Shown piece after piece: positions 40,039-49,997 of a stretch of DNA of 55,953 nucleotides (within the stretch, counting starts at the first letter, position 1; every line of letters begins with the position of its first letter). Source of the DNA: a bacterium (GTDB taxonomy: Bacteria; Bacteroidota; Bacteroidia; Bacteroidales; FEN-979); the NCBI GenBank assembly GCA_043806735.1, contig JAZDGR010000120.1, forward strand, positions 1 through 55,953. The letters are read 5' to 3'. The notes under the pieces are model-generated. The model searched no databases. It was given only the letters and a program-made list of their open reading frames with translations, and had not been told where the DNA came from. The position numbers and the translations under genes are program-made.

Positions 40039-41340
40039 ATGAAACCAAACAGCACAACCATACCTGTCAACCTCAACCTGAATGTTAGGGGATTAAAAAC
40101 TTCTGCGACCCTGGCTATAAATGAACGGTGCCAGCAATTACAGCAGGCCGGAAAGGAAGTTTTCAGGCTGGGGCTTGGACAATCACCTTTCCCCGTTCCG
40201 GAAGTTGCAGTCGAAGCCCTCCGCAGAAATGCACATCAGAAAGATTACCTGCCTGTTACCGGGTTAAGACAGCTTCGGGAAGCCGTTGCTGCCTTTAATT
40301 TCAGAAATCAGAATGTAGATACTCATCCCGACCATATTATGATCGGTCCGGGTTCAAAAGAGTTGATCTTCCTGCTTCAGCTTGTCTATTGCGGCGATCT
40401 GGTGATTCCCACACCCAGTTGGGTTTCATACTCTCCCCAGGCCCGTATCATTGGAAGGAATGTTTTCTGGGCACCTGCTCGGGAAGATAATTTCTGGAGG
40501 TTGAGTTACCAGGACCTGGAAGATATCTGCAAGCGGAATCCTGACAGACCCCGCATTCTGATCCTTAATTATCCTTCCAACCCTACCGGTTATACCTATC
40601 CTGTTGAACGGTTGAAACTGCTTGCCGATGTTGCCCGTAAATACAGGGTTATCCTTGTATCGGATGAAATATACGGAATGATCCATCACCAGGGGCTGCA
40701 TATCTCCATTTCGCAATTCTACCCGGAGGGTACCATCATCAGCAGCGGGTTAAGCAAATGGTGTGGTGCAGGAGGATGGCGGTTGGGCACATTTTCATTT
40801 CCTCCCGACCTGAAGTGGCTTATGGATGCAATGGCCGTGGTTGCCAGTGAAACATACACTTCTACCTCAGCACCCATACAGTATGCTGCTGTTGCCGCTT
40901 TCAGCCAGAGTGATGAAATTGACAATTATCTTATCCATGTCCACCGCATCCTGACCGCGCTTGCATATTACCTGACCATGAAGCTGCATGAGATGAAGGT
41001 GAATATTTCATTGCCACACGGGGCGTTTTATTTGTTTCCAAATTTTGAGGTTTACAGGGAATCCCTGAAACAACGTGATATTTTCGATTCCACCACACTT
41101 TGCAAGCGTATTCTGGAAGACACCGGAGTCGCCATGCTTCCAGGAAAGGATTTCGCCCCCGCCGGAAACGAACTGACAGCAAGGATTGCCTATGTCGATT
41201 TTGACGGCAGGCAGGTGTTGAAAGCCTCCATGGAAGCGGGTATTGAACGTGATCTTACCGAAGCATTTATACGCGAACACTGCCCCCGGATGGTTGAAGC
41301 CTTTGACAGACTGGGAAGTTGGTTTTCCCGGTTGCAATAA
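40039..41340 (+). CDS. PLP-dependent class I/II aminotransferase
   Basis: NYPSNPTG, SDEIY, SGLSKWCGAGGWRLG. Confidence 0.92.
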   Translation: MKPNSTTIPVNLNLNVRGLKTSATLAINERCQQLQQAGKEVFRLGLGQSPFPVPEVAVEALRRNAHQKDYLPVTGLRQLREAVAAFNFRNQNVDTHPDHIMIGPGSKELIFLLQLVYCGDLVIPTPSWVSYSPQARIIGRNVFWAPAREDNFWRLSYQDLEDICKRNPDRPRILILNYPSNPTGYTYPVERLKLLADVARKYRVILVSDEIYGMIHHQGLHISISQFYPEGTIISSGLSKWCGAGGWRLGTFSFPPDLKWLMDAMAVVASETYTSTSAPIQYAAVAAFSQSDEIDNYLIHVHRILTALAYYLTMKLHEMKVNISLPHGAFYLFPNFEVYRESLKQRDIFDSTTLCKRILEDTGVAMLPGKDFAPAGNELTARIAYVDFDGRQVLKASMEAGIERDLTEAFIREHCPRMVEAFDRLGSWFSRLQ

Positions 41341-41376
41341 ATATCTGAAGGGATTTTATCTTTTATGCCCGAAGTT

Positions 41377-41560
41377 TCAGGAGACAGATTCGTTTAACAA
41401 CCAACGAATCAGGTCAGCAACATCTGGCTGGTCTGCACAGAAATATTTTGCTGTAGAGGTACCATTTCCCACTTTAATAGTAAAAGCGTATTCAGGCAAT
41501 ACCCTGAAAAGGTCCTCATCGGTGAGGTCATCGCCAATTGGCATGATAAATACGGGATGA
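41377..41560 (-). pseudogene. C-terminal remnant of trehalose-6-phosphate phosphatase (OtsB/HAD-IIB)
   Basis: IGDDLTDEDLF..LP..AFTIKVG...STAKY, the HAD motif IV region only. The rest of the gene is absent. Confidence 0.75.
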
Positions 41561-41732
41561 TTGTCTTGCAATAACCGGCTCGCAGCAAATAATGCATTAT
41601 GCAAAGACGCAAGCGGATCACAACATTACAAAACAGCAAATTCGCAACCACTTGGCCAGGTTAACAACAAGCTCCGCTGAAGCCCTTTTCTCAGCAAATC
41701 CCCAATAAGGGAGAACATGAAATCTCTCTCTA

Positions 41733-43055
41733 TTAATCGTTCTTCTCCAATAATTGCGAAACTGAATGAAGTTCATTGTAAGCAGCTACAATTCTGCTAT
41801 TTCCCGCTTCTTCGCGTAACCTGTTTAACTCTTCTTCTCGTTCAACTTCATTGGTTATATCTAAGAATGTAGTGATGAAACGCTCTGTTCCTTCAGACGA
41901 AGCAACAATCCAAATGTCACCATCAATGTAACGCACTGGCATATTTTCCAATTTCTGAACACCTGTGTCGGGACCTCCTACTTCTAGCGCGTAAGCGTCT
42001 CGACATAAATCATCAATCACATATGGTGGAATTATCTGATCAATACCCTGCCTTGCAAGGAAACGCCGTATGAAATTATTATCAAGAAGGAAAGGCCGAC
42101 CAGTCACAATGGCCTCAAAACAACCATTTCCTTCGGTGTCTCTAAGAGCGGGGATGAGATTGTGATCGTAGTATTCAGAAAGAACAAAAATGGGAATGGA
42201 ATTGCGTACAATACTTTCGTAGAGACCCAGCAAACGTTTCTTGTTCTCGTCTCGAACTTCGTGATGTACCATTTGGCCTGCAGAAATAGACATGCAGGCA
42301 TTGATGGTTAATCGTTTTAATTCACCGAAGCGACGATGTGTTTCAATGGCCTTTCTGAACTCGCGGTGCAGAACTCTTTTTGCGCGAGGTGATCCCATCA
42401 GCATCGGCGCAAATTGCGATACTGTACCCTGCACTTTTGCAAGATCAAGGTCTCGTAAGATTGTGGATTTTGTTTTCCAGAACGCGCTTACTGTTGGGAA
42501 ATTTGCTGTGGACACATGTTTACTGGAAGGCAGCTCACTAAGCTCAATATCACCCGAGTGCACAACTTTATCGACTTCATTAAGCACATGCATTACTGGG
42601 CGTTTGCCCTCCATGCATTCGACCTTCAAGCGTATCTGCTTGGCTACACTTTCCCATGCTACTGATCCAAGCCGTGATTGTGTTATGGATTTCCCATTAA
42701 TTGTAATCGCCTGGAGTTGTCCAATCCAGTGAGCACCGAGATCGAAGGATTCGACCAGAATAGGAAGCAAGTCGATCTCACCTTGTTTTTCCCGTTCCCT
42801 GGCCGCAAGCAGTTCATTCTCGACACAATAATCTGATCTAAGGAAGTTTGATGTTAACAATATTAAAACCATGTCTGCACGTTGCAAAGCTTCGAGGATT
42901 TGTGGTTCCCACTGCTTTCCAAACTCTACCAAACCATCCCACCAACAATGAATGCGACTACTACGCTCGAGCCCAGCGAGATGGGAACGCAACTTCTCGA
43001 GGTGCTTGCGATCGAGATGCGAATAACTGATGAACAACTCAACAGGTCTTCCCAT
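41733..43055 (-). CDS. TIR-domain protein with uncharacterised C-terminal domain
   Basis: LFISYSH.D, WWD..V..G..W, LLTSNFLRSDYC..NEL (catalytic Glu position), LLPILV. Confidence 0.85.
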   Translation of the reverse strand: MGRPVELFISYSHLDRKHLEKLRSHLAGLERSSRIHCWWDGLVEFGKQWEPQILEALQRADMVLILLTSNFLRSDYCVENELLAAREREKQGEIDLLPILVESFDLGAHWIGQLQAITINGKSITQSRLGSVAWESVAKQIRLKVECMEGKRPVMHVLNEVDKVVHSGDIELSELPSSKHVSTANFPTVSAFWKTKSTILRDLDLAKVQGTVSQFAPMLMGSPRAKRVLHREFRKAIETHRRFGELKRLTINACMSISAGQMVHHEVRDENKKRLLGLYESIVRNSIPIFVLSEYYDHNLIPALRDTEGNGCFEAIVTGRPFLLDNNFIRRFLARQGIDQIIPPYVIDDLCRDAYALEVGGPDTGVQKLENMPVRYIDGDIWIVASSEGTERFITTFLDITNEVEREEELNRLREEAGNSRIVAAYNELHSVSQLLEKND

Positions 43056-43483
43056 AATTGACTTTATTTCCTCCCAGCCTGAATAAACCACCAAAGAAAA
43101 CAGGGTTTCCACTCTACTTCTTGTCAGTCACCCAAATATTGAATCAACAAAAATCTTGGAGTCTAATCCCCATCAGGAGTTTATCAAGTAGATTTGTAAT
43201 TAAATGTTTACATAATCATCTTCTATAAAAAATACGAATAAAGAAAATTCTAGTAATTAAATACAAAAATAATTTATTAATTGAAATAACCAAAAGATTA
43301 CTTAAACAGGGCAATTCCGTTATCACCGAAAATATTGAATCTGATAAGTGGAGTGAATGATGAAACACCTCCGGTAACTTTACTAATGGTTCCAGGTGTA
43401 ATCATCGTGCTGGCTGCAATGATTATCTGACTCGGCATTACCGATTCAGAAAAAATTGTTGGTATCATGGTTGAATTTGAAAC

Positions 43484-43798
43484 TTAAGATTTTCTTCGCT
43501 TAATTATAGTTTTCGTTTTTTTTCGGCGCAAAATTTTTTGTAAAGCGGTAACAGCAGCTAGTATTGATTTCTCATAATTTTCACTGTTCTTTTTTATAAA
43601 ATGGTTTTCACCAGGCACAGAAAGTTGAATCTCACAGAACTGGTTTTTCGGATTTCCCGAAGCACCTTCAAATAAAGTTACTTCTGCCTTTAGAATGGAA
43701 ATATCCTGCTCAAAAAGCTTTGATACTTTCTCATTTACAAACTGTTCAAGTTGAGGACTGGCTTTAAAATGCACCGATTGAAACATTATGTTATTCAT
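43484..43798 (-). CDS. hpf: Ribosome hibernation promoting factor HPF/RaiA
   Basis: QSVHFKAS..L..FV..K..KL...EI.LSVPG... Confidence 0.85.
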   Translation of the reverse strand: MNNIMFQSVHFKASPQLEQFVNEKVSKLFEQDISILKAEVTLFEGASGNPKNQFCEIQLSVPGENHFIKKNSENYEKSILAAVTALQKILRRKKTKTIIKRRKS

Positions 43799-43844
43799 GA
43801 TCTTATTTATTTAATTTTTGATTATCTTTTTAAAACATAATTGA

Positions 43845-44762
43845 TCAGTAATGGAAAGTGATTTCTCCCCAATTTTGGGCAAGTTCCAAAGATGAAAGAT
43901 TTTCCTTAAGAACGGTCGATGGCTTTATGGTTAAGACCGGCAGATGGGAATGATTTACAACCGTTTGAGCATATGGTCCGATAAAGTAAGCCTTGAAATT
44001 ATAATCAAGATTTGCTGAAAGAATAATTAAGTCGGCTTCGAATTCTATTGCCGTATTTATGATTGTTGCAGGAAAATCCTGGCTGGGACTTAATGCGGCA
44101 TGAAACAGAACTTTATCAGTATATAACTGAATCTTAAGTTTTTCCATTAATAATGTTACCTCTTTTAAGTCACCTTTCTTTTTTTTATCAGCAAGACCCA
44201 GCAGCATTACTTCCGAATTATTCTTCTCAATTATTGGACGGGCATAAAAGTATTTATCTAAAGCTCCTGGTTTAATCCTGATTGGGAACAGAACCTTCTC
44301 AAAATCAGTTTTCTGCCAATTCCCAGGAATTGTCAAAACCGGACAGGTTGCATTTTTTATTACCCTGAACGATTCTGAACCAATAAAGAATTGTCGTATA
44401 CCAGAAGTTCCATGTGTTCCCATTACAATCAGACTTATGCTTTCATGTTGAGCAAACTGGCAAATTTTGTATGCCGGAGTTCCTTCCAGAACTTTCCCGG
44501 TAATTTTCACACCTGATTTCTTTTGAATTTTTCCAGCGACTTCAGTGAGTTTTGTTTCCATGTTTACTTTCAAATCAGGTGTAATCCGGGTTTCGTATAA
44601 AAAAACTTCAGAAGGATACAAATAAGCAAAGCTGTCAACCACATGCAGCAATACAATTTCAGCATTTTGCCTTTTTGCAATGGCTATACCTACCTTTAAT
44701 GCACTTTCAGAAAGCTTTGAAAAATCAGTCGGTATTAAAATTGAATTTATTTGTGTTTTCAT
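43845..44762 (-). CDS. Universal stress protein (tandem USP)
   Basis: ILIPTDFS, LIVMGTHGTSG...IGS, CPVLTIP. Confidence 0.92.
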   Translation of the reverse strand: MKTQINSILIPTDFSKLSESALKVGIAIAKRQNAEIVLLHVVDSFAYLYPSEVFLYETRITPDLKVNMETKLTEVAGKIQKKSGVKITGKVLEGTPAYKICQFAQHESISLIVMGTHGTSGIRQFFIGSESFRVIKNATCPVLTIPGNWQKTDFEKVLFPIRIKPGALDKYFYARPIIEKNNSEVMLLGLADKKKKGDLKEVTLLMEKLKIQLYTDKVLFHAALSPSQDFPATIINTAIEFEADLIILSANLDYNFKAYFIGPYAQTVVNHSHLPVLTIKPSTVLKENLSSLELAQNWGEITFHY

Positions 44763-44780
44763 GATTAATGGTTTTAAAGG

Positions 44781-45644
44781 TCAAACATTCAGTGAATTAT
44801 AATTAACCGTTCGATATTTCTCAGGAGGCATCCCAACAGCTTTTTTGAAATATCTTCCAAAATATGAGTTGTCCTTAAAACCAAGTTTATATGAGATTTC
44901 GGAAACACTAAGCCCCGAGTGTGCCAACAACCTTTTAGCCTCAAGAATGATTCGCTCCTGAATAATTTCGCTCACTGTTTTATTATAAATTTCTTTGCAA
45001 ATTGTATTCAGGTAATTGGGCGTAATACTTAAAATCTGCGCAAATCTCTTCGGAGTTTTCAATTCAGCAAATCTGCTGTTGACGAGTTTTCTGAATTCAC
45101 TTAATAATTGCTTTTTTCGGTCGGCAATAATTAATTTGCTTTTTGCATATGCATTTCGTCTATACATCATTATTAATATTTTTAAGCTCAAACAAATTAT
45201 TTCCCTGGAATTTTCTTTCAAAACCGAATATTCATTCAAAATAATATCTATCACGTCTTTCCATTCAGATTCATTATTTTCTTCAATTTTTATGAAAGGT
45301 GAAAATTCTTCGATCAATGTATGGTCACTTTTTATTTTAGGGTTTCCAGTATAGATAAGGTTATAAAATGAATCTGTAAATTGTACCATTAATCCTTCTA
45401 ATGTATCGAGTTTAATCCAATTCAAATATTTATATTTTTCAATAAAAAACAGTTTGTTTCTAATTGCAATATGTTCATCAAAATCAATTAGCAGTACTCC
45501 GCTGCCACTGCTTACATAAATAAATGAATGCCACTTCCCTCTATTTGGTTTTTTGTTCTTTTCCAGTTTCAAGCCATTCAATTTGAATAACCTGAATTCC
45601 GATAATGAATCGGGTTTAAATGCATCTGGATAATTTGTGACCAT
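44781..45644 (-). CDS. AraC-family transcriptional regulator
   Basis: ITPNYLN...EAKRLL...SEISYKLGFKDNSYFGRYFKK. Confidence 0.92.
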   Translation of the reverse strand: MVTNYPDAFKPDSLSEFRLFKLNGLKLEKNKKPNRGKWHSFIYVSSGSGVLLIDFDEHIAIRNKLFFIEKYKYLNWIKLDTLEGLMVQFTDSFYNLIYTGNPKIKSDHTLIEEFSPFIKIEENNESEWKDVIDIILNEYSVLKENSREIICLSLKILIMMYRRNAYAKSKLIIADRKKQLLSEFRKLVNSRFAELKTPKRFAQILSITPNYLNTICKEIYNKTVSEIIQERIILEAKRLLAHSGLSVSEISYKLGFKDNSYFGRYFKKAVGMPPEKYRTVNYNSLNV

Positions 45645-45884
45645 CTTGAGTAAGATTGAATTGAATTGTCCTACAAAGGTAGGTTATACAACTCGAAACC
45701 GGATGTCATTATTCCATCAGGGTGTGGCATTTATAATGGATTATTCAGCAATGTTCACTTGCGATGCGTTATAATTATTCCAATCCCAATTGAAGGATTT
45801 AATACGATTCTGTTTAATAAAACCAAGCATTACAGGAGATATTGAAAAGAAACTCTATATTTGAATTCTGTTATTAAATCTTAC

Positions 45885-47657
45885 ATGATACTGCAGCAAA
45901 TAATCAATCGATTAAGGTATCTAAAACAGAAGTATATAGGGAATCACACCTATATGGTGTTGGCAAGCATCGTGGTTGGAGTTGTTTCGGCATTGGCGGC
46001 AGTACTGCTTAAACATTTTGTCCGGTTTATTTACCATATTCCGGATTTCTTTCTGTCGTGGTCGCATACAACATTAATATATACTGTATCTCCCCTGGTC
46101 GGTATTCTACTGACCCTCCTGATTATCAAACTGCTTTTTAGGGGAAAACTTGAAAAGGGACTTAGTAGTATAATTTTCTCCATTGCAAGACGATCAGGCA
46201 AAGTAGAGCGGTCAAAAATGTACTCACATATGCTTACGAGCGGAATTACCATCGGTTTTGGAGGTTCTGCCGGATTGGAAGCGCCGATTGTGATCACAGG
46301 CTCTACTATCGGTTCAAACATAGCCGGTTTCCTGGGCTTCGGTTATAAAGAAAGGACGCTTCTTCTGGCATGTGGCGCCGCCTCCGGTATCGCAGCAGTC
46401 TTTAACAGCCCCATTGCAGGTGTTATTTTTGCTTTTGAGGTCCTGCTTACCGATATCACCATTCCGCTTTTTATTCCGCTGTTGATTTCAACAGCAACAG
46501 CTACCATATTGTCAAAATTTTTATTGAAGGGGCAGCTTTTCTACCTGGTCACAAACGACTGGTATTTTAATGCTATTCCATTTTACATTCTTCTTGGAAT
46601 TCTGTGCGGTTTAATTTCCGTATATATGACACGGGTCACCTTAAATGTCGAAGGTTTTTTTGAAAAACGAAAAAAAATACTTCATAAAGCTATTTATGGT
46701 GGACTTACACTTGGAATTCTGGTTTATTGTTTTCCACCACTTTTTGGGGAAGGATATAGCACCGTTGAAACTTTGCTAAAAGGAGATAATTTTAATATCC
46801 TGAAAAACAGTGTTTTCTCTTTATTACCGGACAGTCCTTGGATCCTGATTGCATTTACAGGGCTGATTATCCTGTTGAAAATTGTGGCAACCTCCCTGAC
46901 GCTGGGGGCCGGTGGGAACGGGGGTATATTTGCTCCATCCTTGTTTACTGGTGGCCTTACAGGATTTGGCATGGCCTTTCTTTTTAATACATTAGGAATG
47001 AGCCAGCTGCATGTTTCAAACTTTATTGCAGTCGGCATGGCAGGAATCATGAGTGGAGTTGTTCATGCTCCACTGACAGCAATATTTTTGATCGCAGAAA
47101 TTACCGGAGGTTATGTTCTGTTTGTTCCACTGATGATTGTTTCTGCATTGTCTTTTTTTATTAGCCGGTATTTTGAACCCTACTCGATCTATACAAAAAA
47201 TCTGGTTCAGAAGGGGCAATATTTTACAGACGATAAAGACAGTAACATTTTCAAAAAGATTCCCCTGGATGAAATTGTAGAGACCGAATTCATTGCTCTT
47301 AATCAGAATGATAAATTCAGTACCCTGATTGATGCCTTCACCCGGAGTAAAAGAAATGTATTTCCTGTTGTTGATGATGATCAGAATTTCATAGGCATCA
47401 TTCCCCTTGAGAATTTCAAGGAATTTATGTTTAAAAGTGAATTGTACAATGAGCTTCGCATAGGGGATCTGACCTCCAAACCAGAGGTAACCTTAGAAAT
47501 CAATGAAAACATGGATGATGCAATGATCAAGCTTGAGAGCTCAAATCTTTGGAATATACCCGTCACGAAACAGGGAAAATACATCGGGTTTATTTCGAGG
47601 GCCAACATCCTGTCCTACTACCGGCGAATCCTGAAAAAATCAGCTTCATTGCTTTGA
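45885..47657 (+). CDS. ClC chloride channel/antiporter with CBS pair
   Basis: GGSAGLEAP, FNSPIAG, GGNGGIFAPS, C-terminal CBS domains. Confidence 0.93.
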   Translation: MILQQIINRLRYLKQKYIGNHTYMVLASIVVGVVSALAAVLLKHFVRFIYHIPDFFLSWSHTTLIYTVSPLVGILLTLLIIKLLFRGKLEKGLSSIIFSIARRSGKVERSKMYSHMLTSGITIGFGGSAGLEAPIVITGSTIGSNIAGFLGFGYKERTLLLACGAASGIAAVFNSPIAGVIFAFEVLLTDITIPLFIPLLISTATATILSKFLLKGQLFYLVTNDWYFNAIPFYILLGILCGLISVYMTRVTLNVEGFFEKRKKILHKAIYGGLTLGILVYCFPPLFGEGYSTVETLLKGDNFNILKNSVFSLLPDSPWILIAFTGLIILLKIVATSLTLGAGGNGGIFAPSLFTGGLTGFGMAFLFNTLGMSQLHVSNFIAVGMAGIMSGVVHAPLTAIFLIAEITGGYVLFVPLMIVSALSFFISRYFEPYSIYTKNLVQKGQYFTDDKDSNIFKKIPLDEIVETEFIALNQNDKFSTLIDAFTRSKRNVFPVVDDDQNFIGIIPLENFKEFMFKSELYNELRIGDLTSKPEVTLEINENMDDAMIKLESSNLWNIPVTKQGKYIGFISRANILSYYRRILKKSASLL

Positions 47658-47783
47658 TTGTAGGGACTTGCCGGTTTGGCAATATTTTTCACGGTACAAC
47701 TCTAAGGCTGTTTGCCAGTTTTCGGCAGTTCCTTTCACCGTCCGCTTGTCCGCCTGTCCGCATATAACCTCTCACCACTTCCT

Positions 47784-47839
47784 ACTCACGTCTCACGTCC
47801 CACGTCCCACGTCTCACGTCTCACGTCTCACATCTCACC
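47784..47839. repeat. Heptamer tandem repeat TCYCACG x8
   Basis: actcacg tctcacg tcccacg tcccacg tctcacg tctcacg tctcaca tctcacc. Confidence 0.85.
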
Positions 47840-49964
47840 GCCTTTTCCCTAAAACATACACTCCTGCCGTCGCCGTATTCAACAAAGCCAGCAAAACCAG
47901 GGTCGTTGTTACGCCTGCCAGCGGGAGTAAAAGGACCGTGGTGAGCAACGCCCCCAAAGCCGAGCCGTAGAGGTCGACGGAGTAATTGCCCGCGGCGACC
48001 TTCTCCGCGCCCCCTTTGGACAACAACGCGGCAACGGAGAATTCGAGTCCGGTCAGGAAAGCGATGGCGAAAGCGAGCAACAGGAACAGGGCGATTAGCT
48101 CCGGATCAGACAAACTCATTGCCGGTAGAAAATGAATGAAGACCAGGATCACGATCGCACAGATGGCCAGTAAAATTTGAAGCAATAGGTAATGTTTGCT
48201 TTTGGGGAGTTTCCAGAAAATTTTCCGGCAACCCGATCCGATAGCCAGCCCCAGCATGAACACCAGGATGATAAAACCCAACGCCTGGTAGACAAACCCA
48301 AAGCTGACCTGGAAAGCCAGGATCAGGATGATTTCAGTGGAAGAGGTAGTGAAACCCGCGGCGAACAACCCGGCGTTCACGCGGTTCATCGCCAGGAATG
48401 AAAGCACGATCATAAAGAAGATGATCCCGGCAATGAGGACGTAGCTCTGGTTAAAATGGCTCAACCAGTAAGACTGCTGGAAAAAAAAGGCTACCGGGTG
48501 AAAATCATGATTGATCTCTCCCGTACCCGGAAGCCGGCTCATGACGTAGCGGTTGCGGTCCTTTAGCGAATTTTCGTCGAAATACCATGGGTTCACGTAG
48601 GAGGTTTCAATACCCCTGCGGGCGACCAGGGAGGCGACCTCAAGCGAAAGCGGTTCGTCGGAGGCCAGGAAGTAATTTCTCCCGGCCGGAACGATCAGCA
48701 CATTCCGGAAATGCCGGACAAGAGTGTGAAACAGACATGCGTTCAGTTCACCGGCCTCGGCGCTGACATAATCGGAGCCGGTAGGAAGGCTGAGGGAAAC
48801 CACTCCGCCTGGTTCCAGCCTTGACTTCAGGATGCGGAAGAACTCATCGGTGTAATAGCGGTTCAACTGCAGGGTGGAAGGCTCGGGCAAGTTGACCAGG
48901 ACAACGCTGTAAATCGAATCAGTTTGACGGATGTATTTCCGGGCATCCAGGGTAATCAGGCGCAGCATGGGATATTTTGCTCCGAATCCCGATTGCTCCG
49001 CTATCCGGGTAAGCTCGGGATTTAGTTCGATGTAGTCGATCCGTTCGGGTTGATATTTCACGATCTCAGGGATCGATCCGCTAAGCCCGCCCGAGATCAG
49101 CAGTACCGTTTTGGGGCGCTCGATCTGAGCCATGGCGAAATGGACCGATTCTTCATCCCGGATGACATTATCGGTGCTGAAAAGCAACAGTCCGTTTTCA
49201 TACACATTCTGCTGGCCGCCCTGCTCCGTAATAATCACTCGCCCGTATGGCGTTTCCCGGTCGAGGAGTATTTCCTGGTCGGGATAAAGCAGGGAAAGGC
49301 TTAACCGGTCAAATGAAACGGAGGTTAATCCATACACGATCGCGCCGCAGCAAAGCATGGTCAACACCCGGGGAAACCACGACGGTAGGGCAAATGCATA
49401 AAGGATTACAAAAACAAGGAAGATTCCTGTGATTACTTTCATTCCCGGGAACGTTCCAAACAGCCAGAGAAGCACGAAGTTGACCAGCGCGCCTGCCATC
49501 ATGCTCCCGAAAGATTCGACTGCATAGGCGCCTCCCAGCGGATTTTTTGAGGCTCCACGCGGAAGCTCGGAACTGAGCGCGGTAAACAGGAATCCGCCGG
49601 CAAAACAAACCGGGGTTTGCAAGAGCAGCGAGGAGTAGAAAAGCTCTTTGAGCCCCACCATGCCGCCGGTGGGGAAGACCACGCTCCGCCAGATGTCCAG
49701 CTTCAATAAAGTGAGGATGGGAATTATCGACAAGAGCAGGAGCAAAAACAGGATGAACTGCGCACGTTCCTTCATCTGCTGTGAAAACCGTCCGATGAAC
49801 GCGCCGAAACCGGTTAGCAGCATCCAGTTAGCAAGCACGATGCCGACAGTGAGTTCATTTCCCTGAAACACATACAGAAACTCCCGGAGTAGGTAGATCT
49901 GGGCAGAAATGGAGATAAAACCCAAGGAAAACAGAGCGGAAAGGATTGCAAATCTCCTGTACAT
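47835..49964 (-). CDS. Membrane-fused spermidine-synthase-like (MFS/SAM-binding) protein
   Basis: N- and C-terminal TM bundles around ETPYG, EESVH, VLLISGG, IELNP, DARKYI, NRYYTDEFF. Confidence 0.88.
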   Translation of the reverse strand: MYRRFAILSALFSLGFISISAQIYLLREFLYVFQGNELTVGIVLANWMLLTGFGAFIGRFSQQMKERAQFILFLLLLLSIIPILTLLKLDIWRSVVFPTGGMVGLKELFYSSLLLQTPVCFAGGFLFTALSSELPRGASKNPLGGAYAVESFGSMMAGALVNFVLLWLFGTFPGMKVITGIFLVFVILYAFALPSWFPRVLTMLCCGAIVYGLTSVSFDRLSLSLLYPDQEILLDRETPYGRVIITEQGGQQNVYENGLLLFSTDNVIRDEESVHFAMAQIERPKTVLLISGGLSGSIPEIVKYQPERIDYIELNPELTRIAEQSGFGAKYPMLRLITLDARKYIRQTDSIYSVVLVNLPEPSTLQLNRYYTDEFFRILKSRLEPGGVVSLSLPTGSDYVSAEAGELNACLFHTLVRHFRNVLIVPAGRNYFLASDEPLSLEVASLVARRGIETSYVNPWYFDENSLKDRNRYVMSRLPGTGEINHDFHPVAFFFQQSYWLSHFNQSYVLIAGIIFFMIVLSFLAMNRVNAGLFAAGFTTSSTEIILILAFQVSFGFVYQALGFIILVFMLGLAIGSGCRKIFWKLPKSKHYLLLQILLAICAIVILVFIHFLPAMSLSDPELIALFLLLAFAIAFLTGLEFSVAALLSKGGAEKVAAGNYSVDLYGSALGALLTTVLLLPLAGVTTTLVLLALLNTATAGVYVLGKRR

Positions 49965-49997
49965 GTAGTATCTTTACATGGATTTTATTTCAAAGAT

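Noticed and set aside
43298-43468. Short minus-strand ORF of about 55 codons after hpf
   Set aside because: No recognisable similarity or supporting signal.
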